From Candidatus Acidiferrales bacterium (GTDB lineage: Bacteria > Acidobacteriota > Terriglobia > Acidiferrales > UBA7541), in contig JBARRP010000064.1 in the NCBI GenBank assembly GCA_049644285.1, positions 2,469 to 34,468 of the forward strand: a stretch of DNA of 32,000 nucleotides, read 5' to 3'. The notes under the pieces are model-generated. The model was given only the letters and a program-made list of their open reading frames with translations, did not search any database and was not told the origin of the DNA. Shown here piece after piece: positions 15,623 to 23,288 of this stretch. Position 1 is the first letter of the stretch; each line of letters begins with the position of its first letter. Position numbers and translations under genes: made by a program.

Positions 15623-17113
15623 ATGGCTTCCGCAGCGCACGCACCGCAAACCCGCAAACACAAACAAGCCGGACTGGCTCACTGGATGGCGCGAGTGCTG
15701 AAGGAATGTCATCGTGTGGCGCAGGATTTCGACGCCGACACCGTGCACGACCTCCGCGTGGCCCTGCGCCGCTGCCGCACGATATCCGATGAATTTCAAA
15801 ATCTGGATCCAGACCCCGCTTGGCGCAAGATGAAGAAAGCGTCGAAGAAACTTTTCCGAACGCTGGGCGCCTTGCGCGATAACCAGGTGATGCAGGAATG
15901 GGTGAAGAAGCTGAGCGGGGAAGACGACGCGTTGCGTCAGAAGCTCCTCGATTCACTCGCCGCAGAAGAACAGCGAGCAAGGTCGGACGTCGAGCGGGCG
16001 CTCGACCATTTCGATCAAAAGGCCTGGCGGAAGTGGTCGCGCATCCTGCCGGAGCACACCCGCAAAGTGCCCCGCGAAGGACTGGCGTTCCAGCATCTGG
16101 CGCTGAAGCGTTGGAACGATGCCCACGAGCTCCATCGCCGCGCCCTCCGCACCCGGAGTGGAGTAGCCTGGCACCGGCTGCGCATCGGGCTGAAGCAGTT
16201 CCGCTACACCGTCGAAAACTTTCTCCCCAAGCGCTACGACAAGTGGGGCGAAGGACTGAAACGCTTCCAGGATTTGCTGGGAGAAGTCCACGACCTCGAT
16301 GTTCTTTGGGCGGGCGTGCGCAAGGCGAGTGCGGGCGGAGACGCCTCGGTCCGGGCTCGCTGGAAAGAGGCGATCGACAACGAGCGCCGCACCCGCCTCG
16401 CGGAATACACCTCGCGAACACGCGGTCCGGATTCGCTCTGGCTGGTGTGGCGCGCCGGCTTGCCGGAGGGAAAGCGCGTGGAAGCAGCCGCGATCGCCAA
16501 GCTCGCTGCGTTTGCTTCTTTTCGTGATCCAGACGTAGCTCACTCGCAGCGAGTCCGGGCTCTCGCGCTCGAGCTTTTTTCCGGATTCCAGAAGGCGGGC
16601 TTGAACAGCCTGTTCCGGGAAGCGAGAGAGAGACGCATTCTCGATTGCGCCGCCCTGTTGCACGACGTTGGCCGCTCGAAAAGAAGTTCAGGCCACCATA
16701 AACTTTCCTACCGGATCATTCGCGATCTTCCCGCGCCCCTCGGGTGGACCGGCGAAGACATGCTCTGGACGGCTTTGGTGGCTCGCTACCATCGCGGCGC
16801 CGAGCCGCGCGGCACCCACCAGGGCTTTGGCGCTCTTTCCCCGGTGGAGCAGCAAAGAATCGCGTGGCTGGCGGCAGTTCTCAGGCTCGCCGATAGCCTC
16901 GATGGCGAGCACAACGGAAGGGTGTTGCATGTGAAGGTCGAAACCACCCGCGAGGCGCTGCTGATCCGCGCTCAGGGTTACAACGAAGAGATGGCTCTCA
17001 CCGCCGAAGTCGCGGAAAAGAAGCACCTGCTCGAAACGCTCTGCGGCAAGCCCGTCATTCTTCGCCCCGACGAAATCCAACCCGAAGCCGCCTCTGCTTC
17101 GCTCGCGTCCTGA
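15623..17113 (+). CDS. CHAD domain protein fused to a C-terminal HD domain (Ppx/GppA C-terminal-like)
   Basis: CHAD blocks: VHDLRVALRRCRTISDEF, LRDNQVMQEW, WHRLRIGLKQFRYTVENF, LGEVHDLDVL. The C-terminal HD region is LLHDVGRSKRSSGHHKLSYRIIRDL...ARYHRG. The start was chosen as ATG 15623 (alternative ATG 15581). The 15437 start would overlap DUF2252 by 77 nt. Confidence 0.75.
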   Translation: MASAAHAPQTRKHKQAGLAHWMARVLKECHRVAQDFDADTVHDLRVALRRCRTISDEFQNLDPDPAWRKMKKASKKLFRTLGALRDNQVMQEWVKKLSGEDDALRQKLLDSLAAEEQRARSDVERALDHFDQKAWRKWSRILPEHTRKVPREGLAFQHLALKRWNDAHELHRRALRTRSGVAWHRLRIGLKQFRYTVENFLPKRYDKWGEGLKRFQDLLGEVHDLDVLWAGVRKASAGGDASVRARWKEAIDNERRTRLAEYTSRTRGPDSLWLVWRAGLPEGKRVEAAAIAKLAAFASFRDPDVAHSQRVRALALELFSGFQKAGLNSLFREARERRILDCAALLHDVGRSKRSSGHHKLSYRIIRDLPAPLGWTGEDMLWTALVARYHRGAEPRGTHQGFGALSPVEQQRIAWLAAVLRLADSLDGEHNGRVLHVKVETTREALLIRAQGYNEEMALTAEVAEKKHLLETLCGKPVILRPDEIQPEAASASLAS

Positions 17114-17608
17114 CTATGCAAGCCCGCGCATTACTTTCGGCGCCAACAGCCAAAGGAGCGTTCCCTTCGACGCGCTGGCCGATTCCAACTCGAAGGAGGC
17201 CACGCCTGCCTTCTTCAGCGCCGTAAAGACGTCGCGCGCGCCCGCCAAACAGGCAATCAACTGATCCATGTGCGGGGCATGGCCGAAGCACATCACTTCT
17301 TTTGCCCTCACGTGGGCCAATTCCTTCAAGAATTCTGCGGGGTTTGCTCCTGGTTTCAAGTGTTCGCTGTTTCGGATTCTTTCGCGCGGGAATCCGAACA
17401 CCTCGCAGGCGATTTCGGCGGTTTGCGCCGCGCGCAGGTAGGGCGAGGTGATCATCACATCCGGTTTTGGGCCGAGCTCGCGAAGACCGAGCATCACCTC
17501 GCGCGCCTTCTCGATCCCCTTGCGTGTCAGGGGACGTTCCGGTTCCGGAGGCGCGTGGGGATCATTGCGGTTCACCGCAATTCCGTGACGCACGATGTAG
17601 AGGATCAT
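17114..17608 (-). CDS. sixA: Phosphohistidine phosphatase SixA (histidine phosphatase superfamily)
   Basis: 164 aa with MILYIVRHGIA (RHG catalytic motif), RPLTRKG, ITSPYLRAAQTAE and FGHAPH, the canonical SixA pattern. Confidence 0.8.
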   Translation of the reverse strand: MILYIVRHGIAVNRNDPHAPPEPERPLTRKGIEKAREVMLGLRELGPKPDVMITSPYLRAAQTAEIACEVFGFPRERIRNSEHLKPGANPAEFLKELAHVRAKEVMCFGHAPHMDQLIACLAGARDVFTALKKAGVASFELESASASKGTLLWLLAPKVMRGLA

Positions 17609-17611
17609 GGA

Positions 17612-19171
17612 CTAAGCAACCTTGCTCCTGGATTGAAGTCGTTTGAAAACGGCCTCCAGTTGGAATTCCCGCTCGAACATCGCCGCCTTGCGTACCACGC
17701 CGGCCAAGTCGAGGCGTGTTCCATTTTGCGTGTGGATTCGAAAGAGAGCCGCCGCCTTGTCCACATCGACGTCCGCTCGCAAAACTCCCTGGCGATGATC
17801 GGATTCCAGCTTCTCGGCAATGCGGAGGATGGCAGTGAGCTGGCGGAGCTGCCGGCGTCGAGTGCTATCGAGGGTGGTGTAGGGCTTGTGACCCACTTGC
17901 GGCTCCGACTTCGAATTATGGTAACGCACGAGACAGGCTACCATGTCACGCCGCCAGCCCCGCAAGCCGGGGATCTCCGCGTTGCGGACCAAGTAGTCGC
18001 CATGCCGATGATGCGCCTTGTGGCTGACGAAATGACCCACGTCATGCAAGAGCGACCCCAGCTCGAGCACCAAGCGGAGATCGGGCCCCATCCGGTGAAT
18101 CGGACGCAACTGGTCGAAAAGCGAGAGTGCCAGTGCGCTCACCTGTTCGGCATGTTTCGAATCATAATCCAGGCGACGCGCGAACCACTTTACGCCCGCG
18201 CGCAGAAGCTCGGCACGCTTCTTTTCTTCGTCCGAAGCCCAAGTTGGGGAATACTGCGCGGCAACCAGCTCGAGCAAGATTCCTTCTCTGACCCCGACCG
18301 CGGGCACAACCAGGCTGCGCAGATTCAGCCATGCTCCGAGAGTATTGAGCACTAGCGCGGCGATCCCCATGACCTCGGCGCGATCCCGGCGCACGCGAAA
18401 GGCGCTCATTCGCCGGGGAACATCGAGTGGAAGAATTTGCCAGGTGCGGTCCCGCAGCAGCCGAAGGTTGATTGTAGGGATGCCCTTCATGCCCGGGCCG
18501 GGGGCGATCGTCGCAAGCGCTTCGGCGTTTCCTCCGCAGGCTACCGCGACCGCGCCGGACAGGTTTGGGGGCGAAGACAAGGCGCTGCGGAGAAGAGCCA
18601 GGACGTGAAGCCGGAGCTTTTCTGCCGCCTCCTCATCGATTGGTCCGCTCAGCCCGTAGGTTTCCATCAGCCGAACAGTGCCGAGCGGCAGCGCGATGCG
18701 CCGCTCGACGATTCCGCCGCGGAGAAAGTTCAGCTCGAGGCTGCCTCCGCCTAGGTCGAAAATGAGCCGGGGCGAAATCACTCCGCCAAGGGCGCTCTGC
18801 ACCGCGTTCGTGACCAGCCGCGCTTCGTCTTCCCCGCTGACTATCTCGAGCTGGATCCCGGACTTCCGGCGAATTCGGTCAATCAAAGCTTGGCGGTTGC
18901 GGGCCTCGCGCGCGGCGCTGGTGGCGACGGCCCGATAGACGGTGACGTGGTAGTGGTCCATGACGCGACGAAAATGGCGAAAGGCCCGCGCAGCGCGCGC
19001 GATGGTCTGATTCGAAATCAGGCGACGGGTGAAGGCCTGGTGGCCCAAACGCACCGCGGCGCGTTCGTTCTCGAGTCCCTCGAGGTGATCGGGCGAAGTG
19101 GCGCGGGCAATGACGAGGCGGAGCGCGTTCGAACCGGCGTCAATCGCGGCGAGATGGACGGGCGCGGCCAA
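17612..19171 (-). CDS. ppx: Ppx/GppA family exopolyphosphatase / pppGpp phosphohydrolase with C-terminal HD domain
   Basis: 519 aa with LAAIDAGSNALRLVIA, FDLGGGSLEL (ASKHA fold motifs) and LLHDVGHFVSHKAHHRHGDYLV (HD domain). Confidence 0.85.
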   Translation of the reverse strand: MAAPVHLAAIDAGSNALRLVIARATSPDHLEGLENERAAVRLGHQAFTRRLISNQTIARAARAFRHFRRVMDHYHVTVYRAVATSAAREARNRQALIDRIRRKSGIQLEIVSGEDEARLVTNAVQSALGGVISPRLIFDLGGGSLELNFLRGGIVERRIALPLGTVRLMETYGLSGPIDEEAAEKLRLHVLALLRSALSSPPNLSGAVAVACGGNAEALATIAPGPGMKGIPTINLRLLRDRTWQILPLDVPRRMSAFRVRRDRAEVMGIAALVLNTLGAWLNLRSLVVPAVGVREGILLELVAAQYSPTWASDEEKKRAELLRAGVKWFARRLDYDSKHAEQVSALALSLFDQLRPIHRMGPDLRLVLELGSLLHDVGHFVSHKAHHRHGDYLVRNAEIPGLRGWRRDMVACLVRYHNSKSEPQVGHKPYTTLDSTRRRQLRQLTAILRIAEKLESDHRQGVLRADVDVDKAAALFRIHTQNGTRLDLAGVVRKAAMFEREFQLEAVFKRLQSRSKVA

Positions 19172-19173
19172 AT

Positions 19174-19989
19174 CTATCGCCAGAGGTGCGCCAGGGCATG
19201 CGAAGGTTCATAGTGAGTGACGCGGATTCCCAGATGCGCCGCAATCTTCTTGCGAAGCTCGCGATTCACCGCGGAGACGCTCCCTTCGCCATCGAGCTCC
19301 ATGAAGCCGTGACGCCGCGAAAGATACTCGAACTCCTTCTTGATGAGCGATTGATATCGTATAAAGGATTGAAAAAGGTCGTTTGAAAGAGACATGTCGC
19401 GGCCCGATTCCCAGTAGCTGATGGTGTGGGATTTCTTGAACTCGCGGTCGAATGCTACCTCGGGCTTCACATTGAGCCAGAACGTCAAATCCGGCTTCAG
19501 AGCCATTTCATAAATTCCGTGCAAATAATCGCGGCCAATGCCGCGGACGGCCGCCCGGGCGATGAGCGTGTAAATATAACGGTCCGCGAGAACGATGAGC
19601 CCGGAACGCAAGGCGGGCAAAATGCGACGCTCGAGCTGATCGAAAAAATCGGTGCCATACATGAGCGCCAGCGTCAGACGCGTCACCGAATTCTCGGCGA
19701 GCAGCGCATCGATGTCGTCGGCCACCAGGAACGACCGCCGCAAGCCCATGGTCTGAACGGCGAAGCCTTCGGACTCGAGCCACTCGGTGAGCAGCGCGAT
19801 TTGAGTGGAGCGGCCCGATCCATCGGTGCCCTCAAGGACGATGAGAGTGCCGCTGAGCTCTTCGACTTTGACGCCGGGCAGCGGCGTTCCGTAAAAGCGC
19901 GATGCAGGCGCGCTCCCCGATTTTGTCTTCCGCGAAGAATTGCCGTTGGGCGAGAGTGAAAGCGCCGAATTCTTTTCGGATCGTTTCAT
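19174..19989 (-). CDS. Thymidylate-kinase-fold P-loop protein, paralog 2, Walker A lysine replaced by arginine
   Basis: IVLEGTDGSGRSTQ (canonical Tmk has GxGK[ST]T), plus LADRYIYT (the DRY block) and a lid-like YWESGRDMS. It has a 50-aa basic/Ser-rich N-terminal extension. A 4-nt overlap (19986-19989) links it to the upstream paralog. Confidence 0.7.
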   Translation of the reverse strand: MKRSEKNSALSLSPNGNSSRKTKSGSAPASRFYGTPLPGVKVEELSGTLIVLEGTDGSGRSTQIALLTEWLESEGFAVQTMGLRRSFLVADDIDALLAENSVTRLTLALMYGTDFFDQLERRILPALRSGLIVLADRYIYTLIARAAVRGIGRDYLHGIYEMALKPDLTFWLNVKPEVAFDREFKKSHTISYWESGRDMSLSNDLFQSFIRYQSLIKKEFEYLSRRHGFMELDGEGSVSAVNRELRKKIAAHLGIRVTHYEPSHALAHLWR

Positions 19990-20738
19990 GATTTCTTGGG
20001 AGCAAATTGGGTGAGGTTGATGCGCTCGCCGACGATTTCGCGCATCTGCTTTTGCAGCCTGTTGACCGGGACCGTGCCGTCCATCAGAACAAAATTGTCG
20101 GTCCCGACCATTTGATCATAATAATTCAGAATTCTTTCCTGGAAGATTCGGAAGCTTTCGGCGCGGTCAAGCGAAATGCCCAGGTCCATGCCCGCTTCGT
20201 AGTATTTCAATTTGGGGCGGCCGGCAACGATGCGGCTGACGGCCACGTCGAGCGGGGCGCGAAAATAAAAGGTGATGTCCGGAATCGGGGCGAAGCGATA
20301 CAAGTTGCGAAGCCAGTGCGGCGAGCAGCCACGGGCCACATCGCGCGCGAAAGCCGTGTAAACATAGCGGTCGGCCAGGACCAGATAGCCTCCGTGAAGG
20401 AGGGGCAAGATCTGCCGCTCGCAGCGGTCGGCAAAGTCGGCGGCATGAAGCAGGGAAAAGGTTATGGGAGTGAGGAGCCGCCGCTGTTTGCCCCGGCGCG
20501 TCGCCGATCTCACGAGCGGCGAGGAATTCCACTCGGTGAAGTGGATGCGGTAGCCGCCGATTTCAAGCCACCGCTTCAACAAATAGAGCTGGGTGCTTTT
20601 GCCCGAGCCGTCGATTCCCTCGACGACGATGAGCGCGCCGGGATAGTCGCGCTTGGGAGGGCGAGCTTTTTCAGCGGGCCGCTCGGCGATTTGGACCGTC
20701 GTTTCCGACACGGGTTCCGTCTCTTCGGCTGGTCGCAA
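19986..20738 (-). CDS. Thymidylate-kinase-fold P-loop kinase, paralog 1 (canonical Walker A, non-canonical NMP site)
   Basis: IVVEGIDGSGKSTQLYLLKRWL, HAADFADRCERQILPLLHGGYLVLADRYVYT and YYEAGMDLG. TEWNSSPLV takes the place of the TREPGGT dTMP-binding block. TTG start at 20738. Confidence 0.7.
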   Translation of the reverse strand: MRPAEETEPVSETTVQIAERPAEKARPPKRDYPGALIVVEGIDGSGKSTQLYLLKRWLEIGGYRIHFTEWNSSPLVRSATRRGKQRRLLTPITFSLLHAADFADRCERQILPLLHGGYLVLADRYVYTAFARDVARGCSPHWLRNLYRFAPIPDITFYFRAPLDVAVSRIVAGRPKLKYYEAGMDLGISLDRAESFRIFQERILNYYDQMVGTDNFVLMDGTVPVNRLQKQMREIVGERINLTQFAPKKS

Positions 20739-20864
20739 TCCCTTATAATACCCCGCGTTTCGAGCCCGGATGTAAATTTTCTGTTACAAGGGATCGGGTT
20801 TTTCAACGGAGGCAAGTTATACCAGAAGCGTCACTTACGCAACGCCTGAGAGGATGAAACGCCG

Positions 20865-21674
20865 ATGAAATTCCGGGACAAGCTGATGGCGCCACACGGG
20901 GAAAAGGTGAAGATCGAGAAGTGCGATCCCGAAGACGCGCTGGGATTCGAGAAAAATGCCAAGACGAAAAAGGTGCTGGAGAAGAACCTGAAGCGCCTCG
21001 GCGAGCTCCAGTATCTGCTCTATGCCGAAAGGAAGCACGCTCTCCTCGTCGTTTTGCAGGCGATGGATGCGGGCGGCAAGGACGGAACGATCCGCCACGT
21101 CATGTCCGGAGTGAGTCCGCTAGGCTGCAAGGTGACCGCGTTCAAGGCGCCTACCCCGGAAGAATTGAGCCATGATTTTTTGTGGCGGGTTCATAGAGCC
21201 GTGCCGGAGAAGGGCGACATCGGCATCTTCAACCGCTCTCATTACGAGGACGTCCTCATCGTGAGGGTGCACAAGCTGGCGCCGGAATCGGCCTGGTCCA
21301 AACGGTATGACGAAATCAACGCGTTCGAATCCCTTTTGGCGAACGATCGGGTTACGATCCTGAAGTTTTTCCTTCATATCAGCAAAGACGAACAGAAGAA
21401 GCGTTTCGAGGAGCGGATCGCAGATCGCAACAAGCGTTGGAAGGTTTCGCCGGCGGATTTTCACGAGCGCGAATACTGGGACGATTATATGCGGGCGTAC
21501 GAAGACGCGCTGACGCGCTGCAACATGAAGGCAGCGCCGTGGTTCATCATTCCCGCGAACAAAAAATGGTTCCGCAATCTGGCGGTGGCTCAGATCATCG
21601 TGGAGACGCTTGAAGATCTCCAAATGAAGTTCCCCCAGCCGGAAATCGACGTGACGAAAATCAAATGGAAGTGA
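20865..21674 (+). CDS. ppk2: Polyphosphate kinase 2 family protein (single-domain PPK2)
   Basis: 269 aa with LLVVLQAMDAGGKDGTIRHV (PPK2 Walker A), FNRSHYEDVL, and KRWKVSPADFHEREYWDDYM. GAGAGGA SD lies upstream of ATG 20865. Confidence 0.85.
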   Translation: MKFRDKLMAPHGEKVKIEKCDPEDALGFEKNAKTKKVLEKNLKRLGELQYLLYAERKHALLVVLQAMDAGGKDGTIRHVMSGVSPLGCKVTAFKAPTPEELSHDFLWRVHRAVPEKGDIGIFNRSHYEDVLIVRVHKLAPESAWSKRYDEINAFESLLANDRVTILKFFLHISKDEQKKRFEERIADRNKRWKVSPADFHEREYWDDYMRAYEDALTRCNMKAAPWFIIPANKKWFRNLAVAQIIVETLEDLQMKFPQPEIDVTKIKWK

Positions 21675-21716
21675 CGGCCGAGCCAGGAGATCCACTCGCC
21701 TGCGGAGAAACGATGG

Positions 21717-21757
21717 TTGCCTTCTCTGGTAGGTCATGATATTATGACCATGGTCAT
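21717..21757 (+). promoter_or_regulatory. Promoter with overlapping palindromic operators for TA pair 1
   Basis: TTGCCT (21717-21722), a 17-nt spacer, then TATTAT (21740-21745). There is an inverted repeat GGTCAT-N6-ATGACC (21732-21749) and a perfect 14-bp palindrome ATGACCATGGTCAT (21744-21757). AAGGAGAGGAG SD then precedes ATG 21770. Confidence 0.6.
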
Positions 21758-21769
21758 AAGGAGAGGAGC

Positions 21770-22000
21770 ATGAAGAAAGTGCCTGCCGGAGCCTTCAAAG
21801 CGCGCTGCCTGACCATCATGAAAGAGGTGCAGTCGACCGGGGAACCAGTCGTCGTCACCAAGCGGGGAAAGCCAGTCGTCAAGGTGATGCCGATCGCGGC
21901 AGAAACGAATAGCCTCTTCGGATTCATGAAGGGAAGAGTCACCATCGTTGGGGATATTGAGTCTCCCATTCCTGTCGAGTGGGAGGTCATGAAAAAGTGA
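21770..22000 (+). CDS. Type II antitoxin, Phd/YefM family
   Basis: 76 aa, MKKVPAGAFKARCLTIMKEVQSTGEPVVVTKRGKPVVKVMPI. This is the typical Phd/YefM N-terminal fold signature. Confidence 0.8.
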   Translation: MKKVPAGAFKARCLTIMKEVQSTGEPVVVTKRGKPVVKVMPIAAETNSLFGFMKGRVTIVGDIESPIPVEWEVMKK

Positions 22001-22386
22001 TCCTTCTCGACACGCACGTCTTAGTCTGGGTCGCTGCTGAACCCGCAAAATTGTCTAGACCGGCTACCCGCGCCATCGCTCGAGCGGCGCGGGAAGGCGG
22101 AATCGCCATTTCGGCAATTACCTTGTGGGAGCTGGCGTGGCTGGCAACTCATGGCCGTCTGGAGCTCTTTGGAACAGTCGAAGGCTACGTCGAAGAAGTT
22201 TCTTCTCGAGTCGCAATCCGGCCTATTACTGTGAAAATCGCGGTCTTGGCGAACCAGCTTCCGCCAGACTATTCCGGCGATCCATGTGACCGCCTCATCG
22301 GCGCGACGGCACTTGCCGAGGGCATCGCTTTGGTAACGAAGGACGCGAGAATAAGAAGCTGCAAAAAGTTTGCCACGATCTGGTGA
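21997..22386 (+). CDS. vapC: PIN-domain toxin, VapC family
   Basis: VILLDTHVLVWV..., ITLWEL, DPCDRLIGATA and LVTKDARI give the four acidic PIN positions. GTG 21997 overlaps the antitoxin stop (GTGA); the ORF-track start 21979 is an alternative. Confidence 0.8.
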   Translation: MILLDTHVLVWVAAEPAKLSRPATRAIARAAREGGIAISAITLWELAWLATHGRLELFGTVEGYVEEVSSRVAIRPITVKIAVLANQLPPDYSGDPCDRLIGATALAEGIALVTKDARIRSCKKFATIW

Positions 22387-22405
22387 AGAACCGTATCACG
22401 TGGAT

Positions 22406-22434
22406 TTGACTATGGTCGTTGACTATGGTATGAG
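22406..22434 (+). promoter_or_regulatory. Promoter with direct-repeat operator for TA pair 2
   Basis: TTGACT (22406-22411), a 17-nt spacer, then TATGAG (22429-22434). TTGACTATGGT is directly repeated twice (22406-22416 and 22419-22429). AAGGAGGA SD follows. Confidence 0.55.
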
Positions 22435-22463
22435 TTGTTGTGGGAAGGAGGAATGAGGCTGCC

Positions 22464-22706
22464 ATGGAGGAAATCGCCATTTCGAAGTTCAAGGCCACCT
22501 GCCTTGCGGTGCTCGAGCGCGTCCGCAAGACACGCAGGCCCATCCGGGTCACCAAATTTGGCGAGCCCATCGCCGAGGTTGTGCCCCCTTCCGCAAAGCC
22601 AACGAAGAAGCGGTGGCTTGGATCAATGGCAGGTACCGGGCGGATTTTGGGTGATATCGTCTCCCCGGCAAGCGATGAGAAAGACTGGGAAGTCCTCAAC
22701 TCGTGA
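22464..22706 (+). CDS. Type II antitoxin, Phd/YefM family (paralog of 21770..22000)
   Basis: MEEIAISKFKATCLAVLERVRKTRRPIRVTKFGEPIAEVVPP is collinear with the first antitoxin, including the C-terminal GDI.SP...WEV block. Confidence 0.8.
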   Translation: MEEIAISKFKATCLAVLERVRKTRRPIRVTKFGEPIAEVVPPSAKPTKKRWLGSMAGTGRILGDIVSPASDEKDWEVLNS

Positions 22707-23098
22707 AACTCCTTCTCGATACTCACATTTGGATTTGGAGTTTCCTCGAGCCAGAAAGAATAGCGCCCCGCGTTGCGAAGGCGCTGGAGGAGCCAGCAAA
22801 TGAGAAATGGCTCTCCCCAATCAGCATTTGGGAGCTCACGGTGCTGGTCCGCAAGCGCCGCGTGACCCTGAACACAGCAGTCGAAGAGTGGATTGGTCAA
22901 GCGATGAAAGCAACTCCGCTCCAGGAGGCTCTGCTCACGAGGGAAGTTGCCCTCGCGGCCGACAGTATTCATCTGTCCCATCGGGATCCAGCAGACGCCT
23001 TTCTGGTGGCAACTGCCAAAGTGTTCGAGCTTACACTCGTTACCGCCGATGCCCGGCTCCTTGCCGCGAAGGGAATCTCGCACCTGCCGAACCGCTGA
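22703..23098 (+). CDS. vapC: PIN-domain toxin, VapC family (second copy)
   Basis: MKLLLDTHIWIWS, ISIWEL, DPADAFLVATA and LVTADARL. The GTG start overlaps the antitoxin stop (GTGA, 22703-22706). Confidence 0.8.
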   Translation: MKLLLDTHIWIWSFLEPERIAPRVAKALEEPANEKWLSPISIWELTVLVRKRRVTLNTAVEEWIGQAMKATPLQEALLTREVALAADSIHLSHRDPADAFLVATAKVFELTLVTADARLLAAKGISHLPNR

Positions 23099-23288
23099 AA
23101 GTCGCCGATGCTGCCTTCTCTTGTGCAAGTTTGTGAACAAGGATTCACGCGAAATTCATACCAGCTCAAACGGGTCCCGGTAGACTCCCGCCTTCTGGGA
23201 CTTGCCGGGTTCCGGGTGTGCCAGCCCTCCGACAGCGTCGGCGAGGATTGCCCGCGTGCCAATTTAAACAAGAGTGAGGATGCGATCG

